Shown here: piece after piece, positions 11,994-23,815 of the stretch
Layout of the letters: each line of letters begins with the position of its first letter
Numbering within the stretch: the first letter of the stretch is position 1
NCBI GenBank assembly: GCA_016906335.1
Contig: JADEYG010000002.1
Span: 1,302,001 to 1,366,000, forward strand
Length of the DNA stretch: 64,000 nt
Direction of reading: 5' to 3'
Source of the DNA: Novakomyces olei
Lineage: Eukaryota
Translations under genes and position numbers: made by a program
Notes under the pieces: model-generated
The model's database searches: none
Seen by the model: the letters and a program-made list of their open reading frames with translations, nothing else
Told to the model about the DNA's origin: nothing

Positions 11994-13263
11994 TTATAAA
12001 GATTGGCCAGTCTCCTTTATCCGCGCAATCTCTTCCAAAATAGCATCTGCACCATTGCGTAAAAGAGTCTCTGCGATATCAACGCCCAATCTCTCCGCAT
12101 CCTCACTGCTCGCAAGCTCTGCAGTTTGTTCGTCTTCAACAAACTGAGACCCATCCACGCTTATAACACACGCCCTTAATCGAATAGTAGCCAGACCCCG
12201 AGTACGCTGTTCTGTTTGCACAATTTCAGATCGTACTCCCACGGGTACAGAGCATCCACCTTCAAGTCGACGCATTATTGCCCTTTCTGCCAGGCAGGCA
12301 AGTGTTACCGGTGCAATGCTCAGAGTCTTTAGCATGTTTATAGTGCTCGTATCGCTCTTTGCACACTCTACGCCGAGAGCGCCCTGGCCCACTGCGTACG
12401 TATCGTCCGGGGCATCGAATATTTGCGTAATACGGTCCTGTAGTTTAAGTCGCTGTAATCCTGCCGCCGCTAGTACGGCGCAAGTATACTCATTCGCCTC
12501 GTCATCCAGTTTGCGCAGCCTTGTCTCAATGTTGCCACGGAGCGACTCGAAACGTAAGTGCGGGTGTTTGCGGCGTAATTGGGCAGTGCGACGTATCGAG
12601 CTGGTGCCCACTAGACTTCCGGCCGGTAATTCGCTAATGCTGCGATAAGGTAGGGATTTTTTTACCACCAATGCATCTGCACGGTTTAGTATTGCACAAG
12701 TATAAAGACAAATGTTAGGATCGTTGGGCATAAAAGGGAATTGAGCCCCAAGGCAATAGAGCAAAAGAGCCCGTTTTTTAATTTGAACAAATATTGAACG
12801 ATCCGAATATTGAATTCAAATAAGTCACAGAATAAGAAAATGAGCGTTAAAGTGCAAAATGTATTGGCGTACCCCATGGATCACTGCGGTCGAGAATTGC
12901 GGCAATAATCATATCATCTGGAATAGATGTAGGCAAATCCTTCAAGCTATGGACCACTAATCGGCATAAGCCTTCCCGTATCATAAGTTCCAGTTCGTCC
13001 GTCCATAAAGCCTTCCCGCCAAAAGTATAAAGCGCTTTACTCTGCACTAAATCGCCGTACGTCTGTTTCGTAACAACCGGGAACTCCAACGATGGATACT
13101 CGTGTTTCAGCAGCGCACATACAATTTCAGTCTGTAAAAGTGCTAACTTTGACTGCCGGCTTCCTACTGAAAGACCCGGGGCATTTGCTAATGACGCATC
13201 CTCGACAGCAGGTCGCGGCTGGTCCTGATGTGCCTCGCGCCGCGCGTTCAGCTCGGTAGCCAT
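11994..13263 (-). CDS. hem3: Porphobilinogen deaminase (hydroxymethylbilane synthase), 2 exons
   Basis: VGSRQSKLALLQ, GGKALWTDELE, VHSLKDLPT, VGTSSIRR, LRGNIETRLRKLD, LEGGCSVPVG; intron 12677-12872 joins RSDPW-DALVV. Confidence 0.96.
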
Positions 13264-13827
13264 GACCGATTTTTGTTTTTCCCTGGTTTCATACAAATAG
13301 TTTATTTTGCTCTATAATTGATATTTTACTAATCTTGTTTATTATTTATTATTTTTTATTTATTATTCCATGATTTGTAACTTGAAATTTTGATGTCCAA
13401 TTGTACATTTCAGTATTTTACCTTCAGGGTCCGTTTACGTTCACATTTATTACACAGACTAATTACGTAGCATTTCTTATGCGCGCTCAATGCTACATAC
13501 AAGTATAGCCACGTTTTGATCTGTTAATCTCACACAGCTGTTAAACGCGTTTATATCGAAAACCTTATCTGGTCTATTATGTCAATAATTGATCAGCCGT
13601 TAATACCACAGCTGATAAAAGATCGCTGGACAGGAAAGTTGTGTGCTTGAGACAGGCGTTCAATGAGCTTTCAGGCTTTGATCGGCCGCATGAATTTGCC
13701 CTTGTAATTTTCTTCTTTATATGGTCACGATCTTTTGGCAAAAAGACTGGTTTCTGCTGGGTTTAACTCCTGATCTGTACTATAGCGGTTGTGCCTGGCT
13801 ACGGATCAAGGGCATGCCGGCCTTGGA

Positions 13828-15942
13828 ATGTCGATAAAGAGCTCCATTTTTTCGTGGTGGAAGCGAAAGAAATCTCGAAAAGTGGTTAAAGACGGTAATT
13901 ACGGTAGAGGGGAGAGCAACACGGAAATTGACCGGAACAGATCTCCAGCAATGGCCACCAGCAGCAGTGTTGAAGATCATGGAGGCAACGTCAACAGGAG
14001 CAGAATGGGAGTGCAGAATCATGGTTCAGCTTCAAGGCAGAACGAGACAAATGCCAAGTTTGCTGAGCAATCGCGTGTTGCTGACACCAATACGGCCAAC
14101 AAATTAGTCCTGCAAGACAGTGGAAAAATACCTCTTCAGTTGCAACGCAAACCTTCTGCTAAAAGTCTGTCGCGCGCTTCATTGCCCCAGGTCCCCCACC
14201 TTGTCGGCCGGCCAAAGACTGCTATTGGCATGAGCCGGCGGTCTGTGCCACTGGCCGATTTAACGCACGAGTACAATAGGCGGAACGGCCAAAACTCATT
14301 TGATCAAAACCACGGTCCCCTGCGTACAGTGGCAAAAGCAGCAGGGCAATTAAAAGCAAGCGAAGACTTGAAACCCGACTCTGACGAAATCACGCAGCAA
14401 GGTTCAGCAAGTTTAGCAGCAACCTCCTTCAAAAACTTGCGTGTTCGGGGCTCAGACATTTTTAAACCGAGCCCTACTATAAGCGACCGACTATCGCGAG
14501 CTTCACAGCAGTGTTCAAGGCAAAGTGCAGCAGTGAAAGCGATGAGAGAGCAGCGTGTTCGTGTGTCCAGTGTAGATTCTGGTGCCTTAAACTCGCCAAA
14601 ATCATCGTCGACAACGACTACGGCCGGACGCATTTCCGTCCTTGCGCAAGCCCATCCGCCCGCACATGACAGCCCACGGATTGATGATATAGCTGATTTA
14701 TTGGACACTGCGGAAATGCGTAAAGTGCTGGAGCGCGATGAGCGGAGATTTGTAATCCGGAGGCAGATTAAATCGGCTCCTCTTTTCCACTCAAAGAGCA
14801 ATTGGCAGACTCCGCCTCAAAGCGCTACTACAACCCCTTCCAGAGACGGGAAAGAGATCACTCCTAAAACTGCAGCCTATCAGAAACTTATTGCCTCTGG
14901 AAAAGACCAAGAACAGGGCATGGAAGGCTATGGGCAAGCAGCAGAACAGCATAATATTATTGACGATTATATTAATACTAGTAGCAAGAATGGCCACTCG
15001 ACAAGAGGACATGACAAGATACCGTCTCTACCATTGGTTCAAGATGGCAATTCTGACAATCTTTTTGATGAAGGAAAGATGTCGTCGGCACAGTCAGTTA
15101 CGGCTCAGGCAAGCGGCGATTCGGCGCCAGCTGCAGCAGTTGCAGCGTTGGCAGTTCACGCTGGCGCTATAAAGTCTGGCAATAACGCTGGCTCTTCTTT
15201 GAACGGTGAGCATGACGACGAAGTCAGCCTGCAGAGTCAGACAGAAGATTCGAGCAGTTTTAAAAGTGCTCTTGCTCCGAGCCAATTTGGGTTAAACTCA
15301 GAAGCAAATAGCGATCAAGACGCGTACTCTGCAAGTCAAGAGGCACTTGCAAGTTCTTACAGAGTAGGCTCCTTTGCGGATTCTGATAATACTGCGCACT
15401 ATGAGAGCGATTACCAGGAGACTCTAGTGGCACGTACGCCGTCGCGCAGTAGTGTCCGTTCTTCACAAACAGCCCGTGACGGTGCAAATCACACGCCAAC
15501 AGGCTCTGATCAGGAGCATTTTGTGCCTCCGTGGGCACAGGACAATCGGCATACGCGCACACAATCTGCGTGTACAGACGACGATTTCAGTCTGAGCAAT
15601 ATCAGTCCGATGCAGAAAGAATTACTCCAGTGTTCTATGCACAAACATCTCGGAGCAATGGGCGAAGCTATTCTATGGGAGACCCCTGCTTTGAACGGGC
15701 AAGATCAGAAACGTTACACTGTTCAACGAAGGCCGTCTGACCATTCCGGTACAGAACTGTCTTGTTCACCGAGTATCCCATCCATACGGGCCTGGCGAAC
15801 AACGGAAATCGGTAAGCCTGTCGTAATCCAGCCCTCTGCTCTTGAACAAGACACACATCTTCCCATTACGGGGCTGATTGATTATGACTGGCTTGATGAT
15901 ATTGGCAGCGATGACTTGAATTTGGTGCCGCCTGAAAACTAG
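13828..15942 (+). CDS. Hypothetical Ser-rich, largely low-complexity protein (about 704 aa)
   Basis: 2.1 kb uninterrupted ORF; first good ATG gives MSIKSSIFSWWKRKK; one helical motif IDDIADLLDTAEMRKVLERDERR; no family recognised. Confidence 0.7.
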   Translation: MSIKSSIFSWWKRKKSRKVVKDGNYGRGESNTEIDRNRSPAMATSSSVEDHGGNVNRSRMGVQNHGSASRQNETNAKFAEQSRVADTNTANKLVLQDSGKIPLQLQRKPSAKSLSRASLPQVPHLVGRPKTAIGMSRRSVPLADLTHEYNRRNGQNSFDQNHGPLRTVAKAAGQLKASEDLKPDSDEITQQGSASLAATSFKNLRVRGSDIFKPSPTISDRLSRASQQCSRQSAAVKAMREQRVRVSSVDSGALNSPKSSSTTTTAGRISVLAQAHPPAHDSPRIDDIADLLDTAEMRKVLERDERRFVIRRQIKSAPLFHSKSNWQTPPQSATTTPSRDGKEITPKTAAYQKLIASGKDQEQGMEGYGQAAEQHNIIDDYINTSSKNGHSTRGHDKIPSLPLVQDGNSDNLFDEGKMSSAQSVTAQASGDSAPAAAVAALAVHAGAIKSGNNAGSSLNGEHDDEVSLQSQTEDSSSFKSALAPSQFGLNSEANSDQDAYSASQEALASSYRVGSFADSDNTAHYESDYQETLVARTPSRSSVRSSQTARDGANHTPTGSDQEHFVPPWAQDNRHTRTQSACTDDDFSLSNISPMQKELLQCSMHKHLGAMGEAILWETPALNGQDQKRYTVQRRPSDHSGTELSCSPSIPSIRAWRTTEIGKPVVIQPSALEQDTHLPITGLIDYDWLDDIGSDDLNLVPPEN

Positions 15943-16521
15943 GCCTTTGAGCGTGTTTGAATAAAAGTTTTGGCGTGAATATTTTGGTTTAAAATATAGA
16001 TGTTTTAATTATTATTGATATATATTTTATTATTGCTATTTTATACCTTTTAATTCAGATTCTTGGGGATTTTTCCCCTCTATTTGCTGGTGGCAGTGTC
16101 GAGGTTGGGAATGCCTGTCGAGCATAATTGTATTGGGACTAATTATCGGGTCGGTATTTGGATTATATGGCGATATTGCTGTATGAGCATTGATGTAGTA
16201 ATATACGCTAAAAGCGATTGGGATCAATGCACATCATGATTTGTGAGTAGATTCGAGTCTTTGCCGTAAGATAAGTGCATTTTGCTTTTACTGCTACATT
16301 CTTCAACTATTTAATCCTCCGTGAGCAGTATCTGGTACGCTAAAACTCAATCCATTATACAATCTTCATAGAGTCTAAACAATTTATTATTAAAAGCTGT
16401 AATGCCGGTGTTTGAGTAGTGTTGATGCAACAATCTAGCTAATGGGTACTGCAGGGCTTCAATCCCCGGTTTGGAAATTTGACCTGTGGAAAAGGCCACA
16501 AGGCCACACCAGACTGACGAT

Positions 16522-17041
16522 TTAAGCAAACTGACGAGAAGCAGCCTGGCAAGCTTTAAGCTGCTCCAAATACCAAGAACAGATTTGCATATCTCCATTG
16601 TTCTGGTCGAGGCAGCGAGTAAAATTGCGAGCGTCTACTTCACACGACGGAGCGGACTGATCGTTCGCAAACTCTGACGAAGGCGCAGCTGCCGTTTGTG
16701 CTTCAGCCGGAGCAGGAGCAGAAGAGCCGCCAAACATGCCCGTGATGCCGTGTCCAATAGTGTGTCCAATAGCTGAGCCGATACCAACACCAGCAGCTGT
16801 TGAGATCATGTTGCCAAACATGCCGGATCCTTGCTGCTGAGGCTGAGCATGGATCTGCTGAGGAGGAGCGGCCGCGTGGTTCTGGTGTGCTGGCACTGAC
16901 GCGGCCGTGCTCGCCGGCCGGGAAGACCGAGACGGAGCCGGTCGCGAAGCAGGACGAGATGATCTTGATTGGCGCTTGATATTAGTACATGAACGACAAT
17001 AAACGTAAATAAAAGAGGCAAAAAGGGCAAATTACCGGCAT
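16522..17041 (-). CDS. mix17: Mitochondrial intermembrane-space CHCH protein Mix17/CHCHD2-like
   Basis: Exon 1 ATGCCG plus an intron gives MPRQSRSSRP...; GMFGNMISTAAGVGIGSAIGH; twin CX9C (CEVDARNFTRC, CSWYLEQLKAC). Confidence 0.93.
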
Positions 17042-17265
17042 TATTGTGGAGGCAGTTATCCTTTGCAAAGCAGTTTGAGGTGCCTGTTGCTGCGCTATAT
17101 AATTTATATACGCAAGCAGTTATTTAGGGTTTTCTTCTAGTTGGACGATGTTATTGGGCGTTGGACGGTATTAAACGTGTGTGGAGTGGAAAAGCGTGGA
17201 TAGCAGATACTTGGACATACAAGTTACAAGCAATAAAACAGACCTTTTTTTACCCAAAAAAAGAA

Positions 17266-17353
17266 AATTAAATTAAATTAAATAAATAAAAATAAAATAA
17301 ATATAAATAAAAATAAAATAAAATAAAATAAAATAAAATAAAATAAACTAAAA
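17266..17353. repeat. AT-rich (AAATT)/(AAATA)n pentamer microsatellite
   Basis: Read directly in the mix17-rrp47 gap. Confidence 0.9.
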
Positions 17354-17947
17354 ACAGATCTTTTGGCTAAAAAGAACTGTCTATCATTCAAACAAGTCAA
17401 AGTTCGCGCCTCTGGGCGAAACTGCACAAGACTGGCCATCAAAAAATTATAAACGCATGTTAGATAGCGCGGCTTTTAATGTATTTGTTACCTAAAGGTC
17501 AAAAGTATATACATTATATGATGCAATTAAGTAGTTATAAATATTTCATGGAAGTGAGTCTGCGCTGTTTGAGCACGCACAGGGTAGGCTGATTTGTCAG
17601 ACAGTCTTATATGCAAAAAGATGAGCTGTCATTCTTTTGACTCATAGTATAATATACATCGCTCAGCTAGTCGCTTTTCAGAAAGCTCCTGTATCACGTC
17701 AAAGTACTGCGATGCACTGCTCGTGAGCAATGCACAAACCAGTTTGAAAGCTGTAGGCAATTCGCGGGCCCATACTAAGCACTTCGTCAAAGAGGCTATC
17801 ATTATCATGGACTTGGCCAGCCCTTTCAAAGATTCAGAATCGGTGACCTGAACGCTTGCTTTTGGCATTATAGCATGCCAGTAGCAACTGCTATAACATA
17901 ATAGGTTTGGCCGTTCGGCGGTATCCGCTAGTTGACTTTTCTTCTTC

Positions 17948-18692
17948 TTAACTTTTCTTCTTCTTCTTATCCGCTCTCTCATTTTTCTCCTTCTTCTCAG
18001 ACTTGCCCTTTTTCTTGTGTTTTTTCCGCTTTCGCTCCTCCCTTGTGATCTCCGTGCTAGTATCTGCCACATTGGTCGCTTGTGGTACTTCAGTATCTGA
18101 TTGAGGCTTCGTCCACGGAGCGTGAAGACGAACTGTCTCCTTTTCCGAGCTATTTGCAGCCGAAGCATCATCGAGTGCGTGTCGTACAAAGCGATTAGCA
18201 GCCTCCCGATCGAGAACCATCGGCCCTGATCTTGTAAGAATTGAACGAGAAAAATTAACCAAATTAAATCAAAGCAAAATATAAATATATACTCACGTTT
18301 TTCCGGTGTCTTCTCCGCCTCTAGTGCCTTTTGAATGTACTGGCGCACCCTAGTAAGTTCCGTATTTACACCATGAGTACCAGTTTCCACCTCGCTCAAT
18401 TTTAGATAAGCTGATAATTAGTAAACACTGTGAAATGACAAAAAATGCACTCACAGAAAGCAACCGAGTTTACGGCGTATGCTAGCGTAGTATACAATTT
18501 TGCTTTTTCAAGCGGCGATAGCCTTGAGCCTATCGACTCTATCGGCGCAAGATCTTTTTCTGAGGACTCCGCCAAGGCCGAATCCTGTACCGCTTTTTGC
18601 AGCCCACAATCCTTCACAGCTGCCTCTAGCGATGTAATAGCGCCATGCACTGTATCCAGCAGTGGCCGCAAATCGGTAAACAGATCGGCCAT
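17948..18692 (-). CDS. rrp47: Exosome cofactor Rrp47/Lrp1 (Sas10/Utp3/C1D family), 3 exons
   Basis: LSPLEKAKLYTTLAYAVNS, HGVNTELTRVRQYIQK, LDREAANRFVRHAL, Lys-rich tail. Confidence 0.85.
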
Positions 18693-18719
18693 GACGCCAG
18701 TAAAGTGTAGCGTGCCGTG

Positions 18720-18897
18720 AAAATTGTAAAAAATAGAATAATTAAAATAATTAAAATAGTTAAAATAATTAAAATGGTTAAAATAATTAAAATAAGAATG
18801 ATAAAGTTACATATGTATCTATAATTCAACTATATGAAATAATAATGATTTAATTAATTAATTAATTAATTAATTAATAAATTAATTAATTTATTAA
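18720..18897. repeat. AT-rich (AAAATAATT)n followed by (TTAA)n in a divergent promoter
   Basis: Read directly. Confidence 0.9.
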
Positions 18898-18958
18898 CAA
18901 ATAATCTGCACTCAAGAGTGTTTGACGGCCGACTCTTCACGACCGATGGCGCAGTAAC

Positions 18959-20160
18959 ATGTTACGCCCACTCAAAACGATTGTAAATTCTTTTAGTAAT
19001 CTTATACTAACATGCAGCACTTTCTTGGGAACGGGCCAGGTTCGTTTTTCCTGCAGTACGCTGTCGCCAATGCTGGTAGCACTGCAGGCATAAATGCAAA
19101 AAATGCTCAAATACGGCCTACACTGATCGTGCGCCGGCCAGACCAGGCTCAGCGGTACCTCAATAGCAAAGGACCAAGGGTCAATTTTCACGGCTTTCAA
19201 ACTGCGGGGATGGTTCCAGCTGGATTGGAACTGCTGCGAGGTGGGCATGGTCGGCTAGAGACAACAGTTTGGCCGAGCATCTATTCCACTTCAATGGCCG
19301 CAGGAGTGCCCTTATCAGATACCCATATTGACTGCCTCGTTGTAGACGTGAATGAGGCAGTAGCGCGGCGAGTAGCGCCATGGATTCTTCCCCGGCTCTC
19401 GCGTGATAGCACGGTTTTATGTCTTTCAAATGCCTTCTCCAGTCTCAATTACTTGCAGTCCCAATTGACACAAGACCCGCCTTGTTTTGTGATTGCGAGA
19501 TTGACGCATGCGCTCACGTCCCGGCGCTTCTACCCCGATTATACAGTGCGTTTGAGTGGGTACGGCAGCCTGGATCATGCGATTGTTAATACCGCACGGC
19601 CTCCAGACTCTTGTAGCTCGCTGCTTAAACTACTACAGAGCTCAAGTCTCGTTGGCTCAAATGAATGGGAGTATGGTCCGCTTGTACGGAGCGTGCTGGA
19701 CGGTATTGCCGTTGATCTTGTTATTGATCTTGTTTGTCTACAGCAACGGTGTCGGCCAAGGAGGATCGTAAACCGTTTAGATTTGCGGCAGCAGGCCTCC
19801 TTATTAGCCAGTGACGTCGGACGTGTACTTTTGCAAATGGGCACGTCTTCTAATCCGCATACTCCCAAAGTAGAAATGACGGGCGGTCCGCAGTTGTTTG
19901 AGATGGTGATGGAGAAATGCGAGCAGTTTGGTGACGCTCCTGCGCGTTCAGTGAGTGATGCTTTTCATAGCGATTCTCCTCTGCTGAGCTTGCGAGCGTT
20001 CTTATTCATGGATGCAGCAAAGCGGTACGTAATAGACGTGCCTATACTGAGCTATGCTTTTCATGCCGTACGAGCTGACTGGCAGAATTCATTGAAATGG
20101 TTTCGGCAACAGCCAGCGCGTAAATTTGGTTTATTCGAAGCGCCTCTATATGATTTATGA
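18959..20160 (+). CDS. Divergent ketopantoate reductase (PanE/ApbA)-like protein
   Basis: Spliced N-terminus MLRPLKTI-HFLGNGPG (Rossmann start); IDCLVV, LSRDSTVLCLSN and LTHA align by eye with ApbA; catalytic motifs degenerate. Confidence 0.6.
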
Positions 20161-20364
20161 GGCTGTTTTATTGTTCACAGGCGCATTATTTGGTTTTTTC
20201 TTTTTACTTTTTTTTGTGGCCTTGGGTTGGTAGATGTCCTATAGCGGTCTTGTAAAACTAGTCAATAGAATGAGTCACTTTGATCAAATTATAGACCACT
20301 ATGCAGTCTTCTTTCCCTGCTGCGGTATTTTGGGTCCATTTAATATTGAATTTTTGATTCCGGA

Positions 20365-20847
20365 TTATGCTTGAACACGCTGCCGCCATTGATCTTCGCC
20401 ATACTTGTTCAGCTGTACGCGTACACTGCGACGCTTCAGATCGTCAAACGCTATCTTATACTGCGATTCGGTTCTGATCACTGTGCCGATGCTCATGAAG
20501 AAACTTAAGTTAGCGTCACGTATAAACTCGTGCTTCTCTTGGTGCTATAATGCAAAAAAGAACTTGAGATCATACCCGAACGTGGCGGCAGACGATGCAA
20601 TGTACTTTCCAAGTGTACGCACGAATCCACTTGGTCCAGGACCGTAGCGTAATATGTTAAATCCACCTGGAACGTTAGGCTGTTGAAATCATGCTGGTCT
20701 TATTACCAAAGAGCAAACCGACGCAAACGCCAACGGAGCTGCCCATGAGGGCTCCCATTTTCCCTTTGCGATGTCAGTATAAAGACTCTGGCGGTTTAAA
20801 CTTTTACATTTGTCAAAAACCGAAGGACCCTGTTGCATGGACGCCAT
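20365..20847 (-). CDS. mgr2: TIM23 gatekeeper Mgr2/ROMO1, 4 exons (not assembled in the ORF track)
   Basis: Manual splicing gives [73 protein letters not shown]. Confidence 0.92.
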
Positions 20848-21355
20848 TTGTTTTGTCTTTTGCTGTAAAGCAGTAGTCACCTCCACTTTTTGTTCTTTTT
20901 CTTGCAAAAAAATAAATTTGATACCATAATCTCGGTCAGTGAATTTATGTCATAATATACATTATAGGGTAATGATAAGTGGGAGACCGTCATACGTTTG
21001 GAACTTGGCCGAATGCCGCTGGCTTGGATTCGCGCTATGAAACAAAGCGTTGAATTGTCTTTACTTTTTTGGCAATAAGTTGACGCAGGTGCTTTCGATT
21101 CTTTGTCGTGCTGTCGCGATTCTGGCAAGACTATTCATTTGTCGTATGGTAGTACAATATAGCAAGACAACATTTCTATTGGAATTTTATTAGCAGTTTT
21201 ATAAGCATTTCTATTGCATGATTGATTACGGCAATGTACGCTGATCATTGATCGTTGTCCACTGTCTAATCGTAGCGCACAGGTATCAGATCATGATTGA
21301 TAACAGTTCAATACCAAAATCAAATGCCTTCTAAACGAAAAACTACATATTGTAT

Positions 21356-21435
21356 TAAACAAATAAAAAAATAAACAAACAAATAATTAATTAATTAATT
21401 AATTAATTAATTAATTAATTAATAATAATAATAAT
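21356..21435. repeat. AT-rich (AAAT/AAAC), (TTAA)n and (AAT)n island
   Basis: Read directly. Confidence 0.9.
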
Positions 21436-21539
21436 GCAGGCCTTCGAACAGATGTTTGTAAATAACAAAATATACGGTAATCACGTGACGTCTCTTCCCC
21501 GCAGTCAGGACATCAGACTGACTAGGGTAAAAGTGCAAG

Positions 21540-22964
21540 ATGAAACAGGCCTACTTTCATCTTATTCTAGCGGCGGCAACGTTTCTCTTAACACTACTAA
21601 CACCGCGCATTAAGAACTTTGCGCGCGTTGGAGGTTACCGCCGTCGTGACTGGACTGACGTTAGAATTGATACATGTTCCACGTTACAGTCTGCCGACCT
21701 GCAAGACTGTTCTCACCTGCGTATCTTTGGCACGGGCTCAGATAGGAGGCTGTATACAATATGTGGCGAGTCGCGTGGCTTATATGTAAGATTTTGTGTG
21801 AATTGCTAATAAAACAAAGGCACCGCCGTCGCATCGAGTACATGATAAGCTATTCTCCATCGACCAAAAGGTGAAAATGATTCATTACATGGGGTCTAAT
21901 CAAAGCAGACCGGGAAATCGACTCGGCTGAAGCTGGAAGGGTTTGATGAACGGTCCGATTTTGCTGGCCGGGGTAATGATAGCATTGCCCTCTGACTTAA
22001 TATTAAACTCAAGAATAGGCTTCGATATCGTAGCCAGCCCAGATTCTACCGTGATTATTATTTATGTCTTGAATCAGCGATTGTCGGGGACGACAGTGGA
22101 AGTTTTCCATCATCGGCTGGGAACTGCTGTTGCTCGCCACGTGCGTACTATTCAAGACACAGAGCATGTGCACCATGCCGGCGACATATTTGCCGTTGAG
22201 CCTGACAAGTTTTACGTTACAAATGTAAATGCCTCTGAGTTTATTTTATTCGGTTTGATTGACTATATTTGTTTCAACCATTGTCTTTATTCTTCGTTCG
22301 CCATTGTGTCTGGCTCCTTTTCTCTCCAATTTAATGCATACAACGGACTCTAATCAATAGACTCACTCGCTCTCACTTCCAGTGGAAGCAATCTTACAAA
22401 CTCCATTCTCATCAATTGTTTATTGGAACGGCACTGCGTATACTCTGGCGAGGAGCGGCCTTATTGGGTAGGTTTCATTTCTGATTAACGCTTACAATTA
22501 GTGCTAATGGCATCACCGGCCAAAAAGGCAAAGGGCCATTTGTTGTGGTTGCGGAAACGTTTAGTGCTAGTCACTCGATTTACGAAAGGCAGCAGGATGG
22601 AAGCTTGATTAGGATTGGTCGAATTGAAGCAGAGTATGCGCCCTATGATGTTACGTATGTGCCAGAAACGAATGAAATCATTTCTGCCGGATTCCCGGAT
22701 ATTTCAAGTGCCATGCGTGATAGCAATGCGGCTGCTGTAATCTCACGGTTCTCGCTCACTTCTTTATCCCCAGAATTCTACGGCAAAACGCCGGCCAATC
22801 TAGCTGCCAATATTAAGCCAAAGGAGATCTTATTCGTCTCTCGTGAATCACGGTTACTACAGGGAGCGACTAGCGCCGTCCTGGATGTGGAAACCGATAC
22901 TCTTGACATTGCGTGCGGCCGGCAAATTGTTCGTTGTGGCGAGTATAATGCCCGCATAGCCTAA
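21540..22964 (+). CDS. Paraoxonase/arylesterase-like six-bladed beta-propeller with an N-terminal hydrophobic anchor, about 6 exons
   Basis: GFDI...IYVLNQ...TVEVFHH, GDIFAVEPDKFYVTN, ANGI and ATSA follow the PON family layout. Confidence 0.75.
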
Positions 22965-23148
22965 GCTACCTATACTTTTTACATGCAAAGCTCTTTTGAT
23001 TGTGCTACTGGCATTTTCACTGCTTTCAATACTACATCTACTCGATGAAATGTATCACAGAGGCAAGGATGCTCGGCAGGGATGTTTAAAAGAGTGACTC
23101 TGATACACTGTAAGCTAAACAAAGTCATTTAGCCCTTATAATAGAAAG

Positions 23149-23166
23149 TAGGGTTAGGGTTAGGGT
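23149..23166 (+). repeat. Interstitial (TTAGGG)3-like tract
   Basis: tagggttagggttagggt read directly. Confidence 0.92.
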
Positions 23167-23694
23167 CACTGGATATTTCTTTTCATTGAATATTTTCATT
23201 ATATATATCATTGAAGATTAATAATAATATTGTGGTGTTTTCTTTCCAGTGTTGAACGGATAGCGAGTGGATCAGTCGCAGTATCAAGGATTATACAAGT
23301 TGCTCACTGTGCGCATCCAAATACGTCATATATACTGCGCGGAACCTACTTTTTGCTAACGCGACGTGTCATAGAAGTATATACATTACGGACTTGGTGT
23401 ATGGATTTAGTGTACGGATTTATAGTAGGGTTTCGACGCCCAACTCAAATCCTTGTGTAATTTGTATTCCCCCAATACCAAATTACTGTTGGCAAAAGGT
23501 ACTACGTTGTTTAATGTATGCCGCCTGATATTAGACGGCAAACATTCCGGCCGGCTATTATAGCTCTAGACCGAAGCAGTAGACCGATCGACCAGTCAAG
23601 CAGACCGATCACCAGTCGACTAGTCCAAATATAGTGCATTAATAATAGCGCGTCATAGTGTATGATCAGACGCGCAGCACACGATATAATTGTT

Positions 23695-23815
23695 GTATAA
23701 TCTTTATAATCGTTATGTAATCTTTATATCTGTTTTATAATCTTTATAATCTGTCATATAATCTATTATATAATCTATTATATAATCTATTATATTATAC
23801 AATCTATTTACATAA
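23695..23815. repeat. Degenerate (ATAATCT..)n AT-rich minisatellite
   Basis: Repeated ataatcttt / ataatctatt units. Confidence 0.8.

Noticed and set aside
17629..18399. 256-aa ORF overlapping rrp47
   Set aside because: Intron read-through into another frame; the spliced C1D model ending at 17948 fits better.
21481..21488. TCACGTGA (Cbf1/CDEI-like) beside an AT-rich tract, considered as a point centromere
   Set aside because: No CDEII/CDEIII arrangement; it sits in an ordinary promoter.
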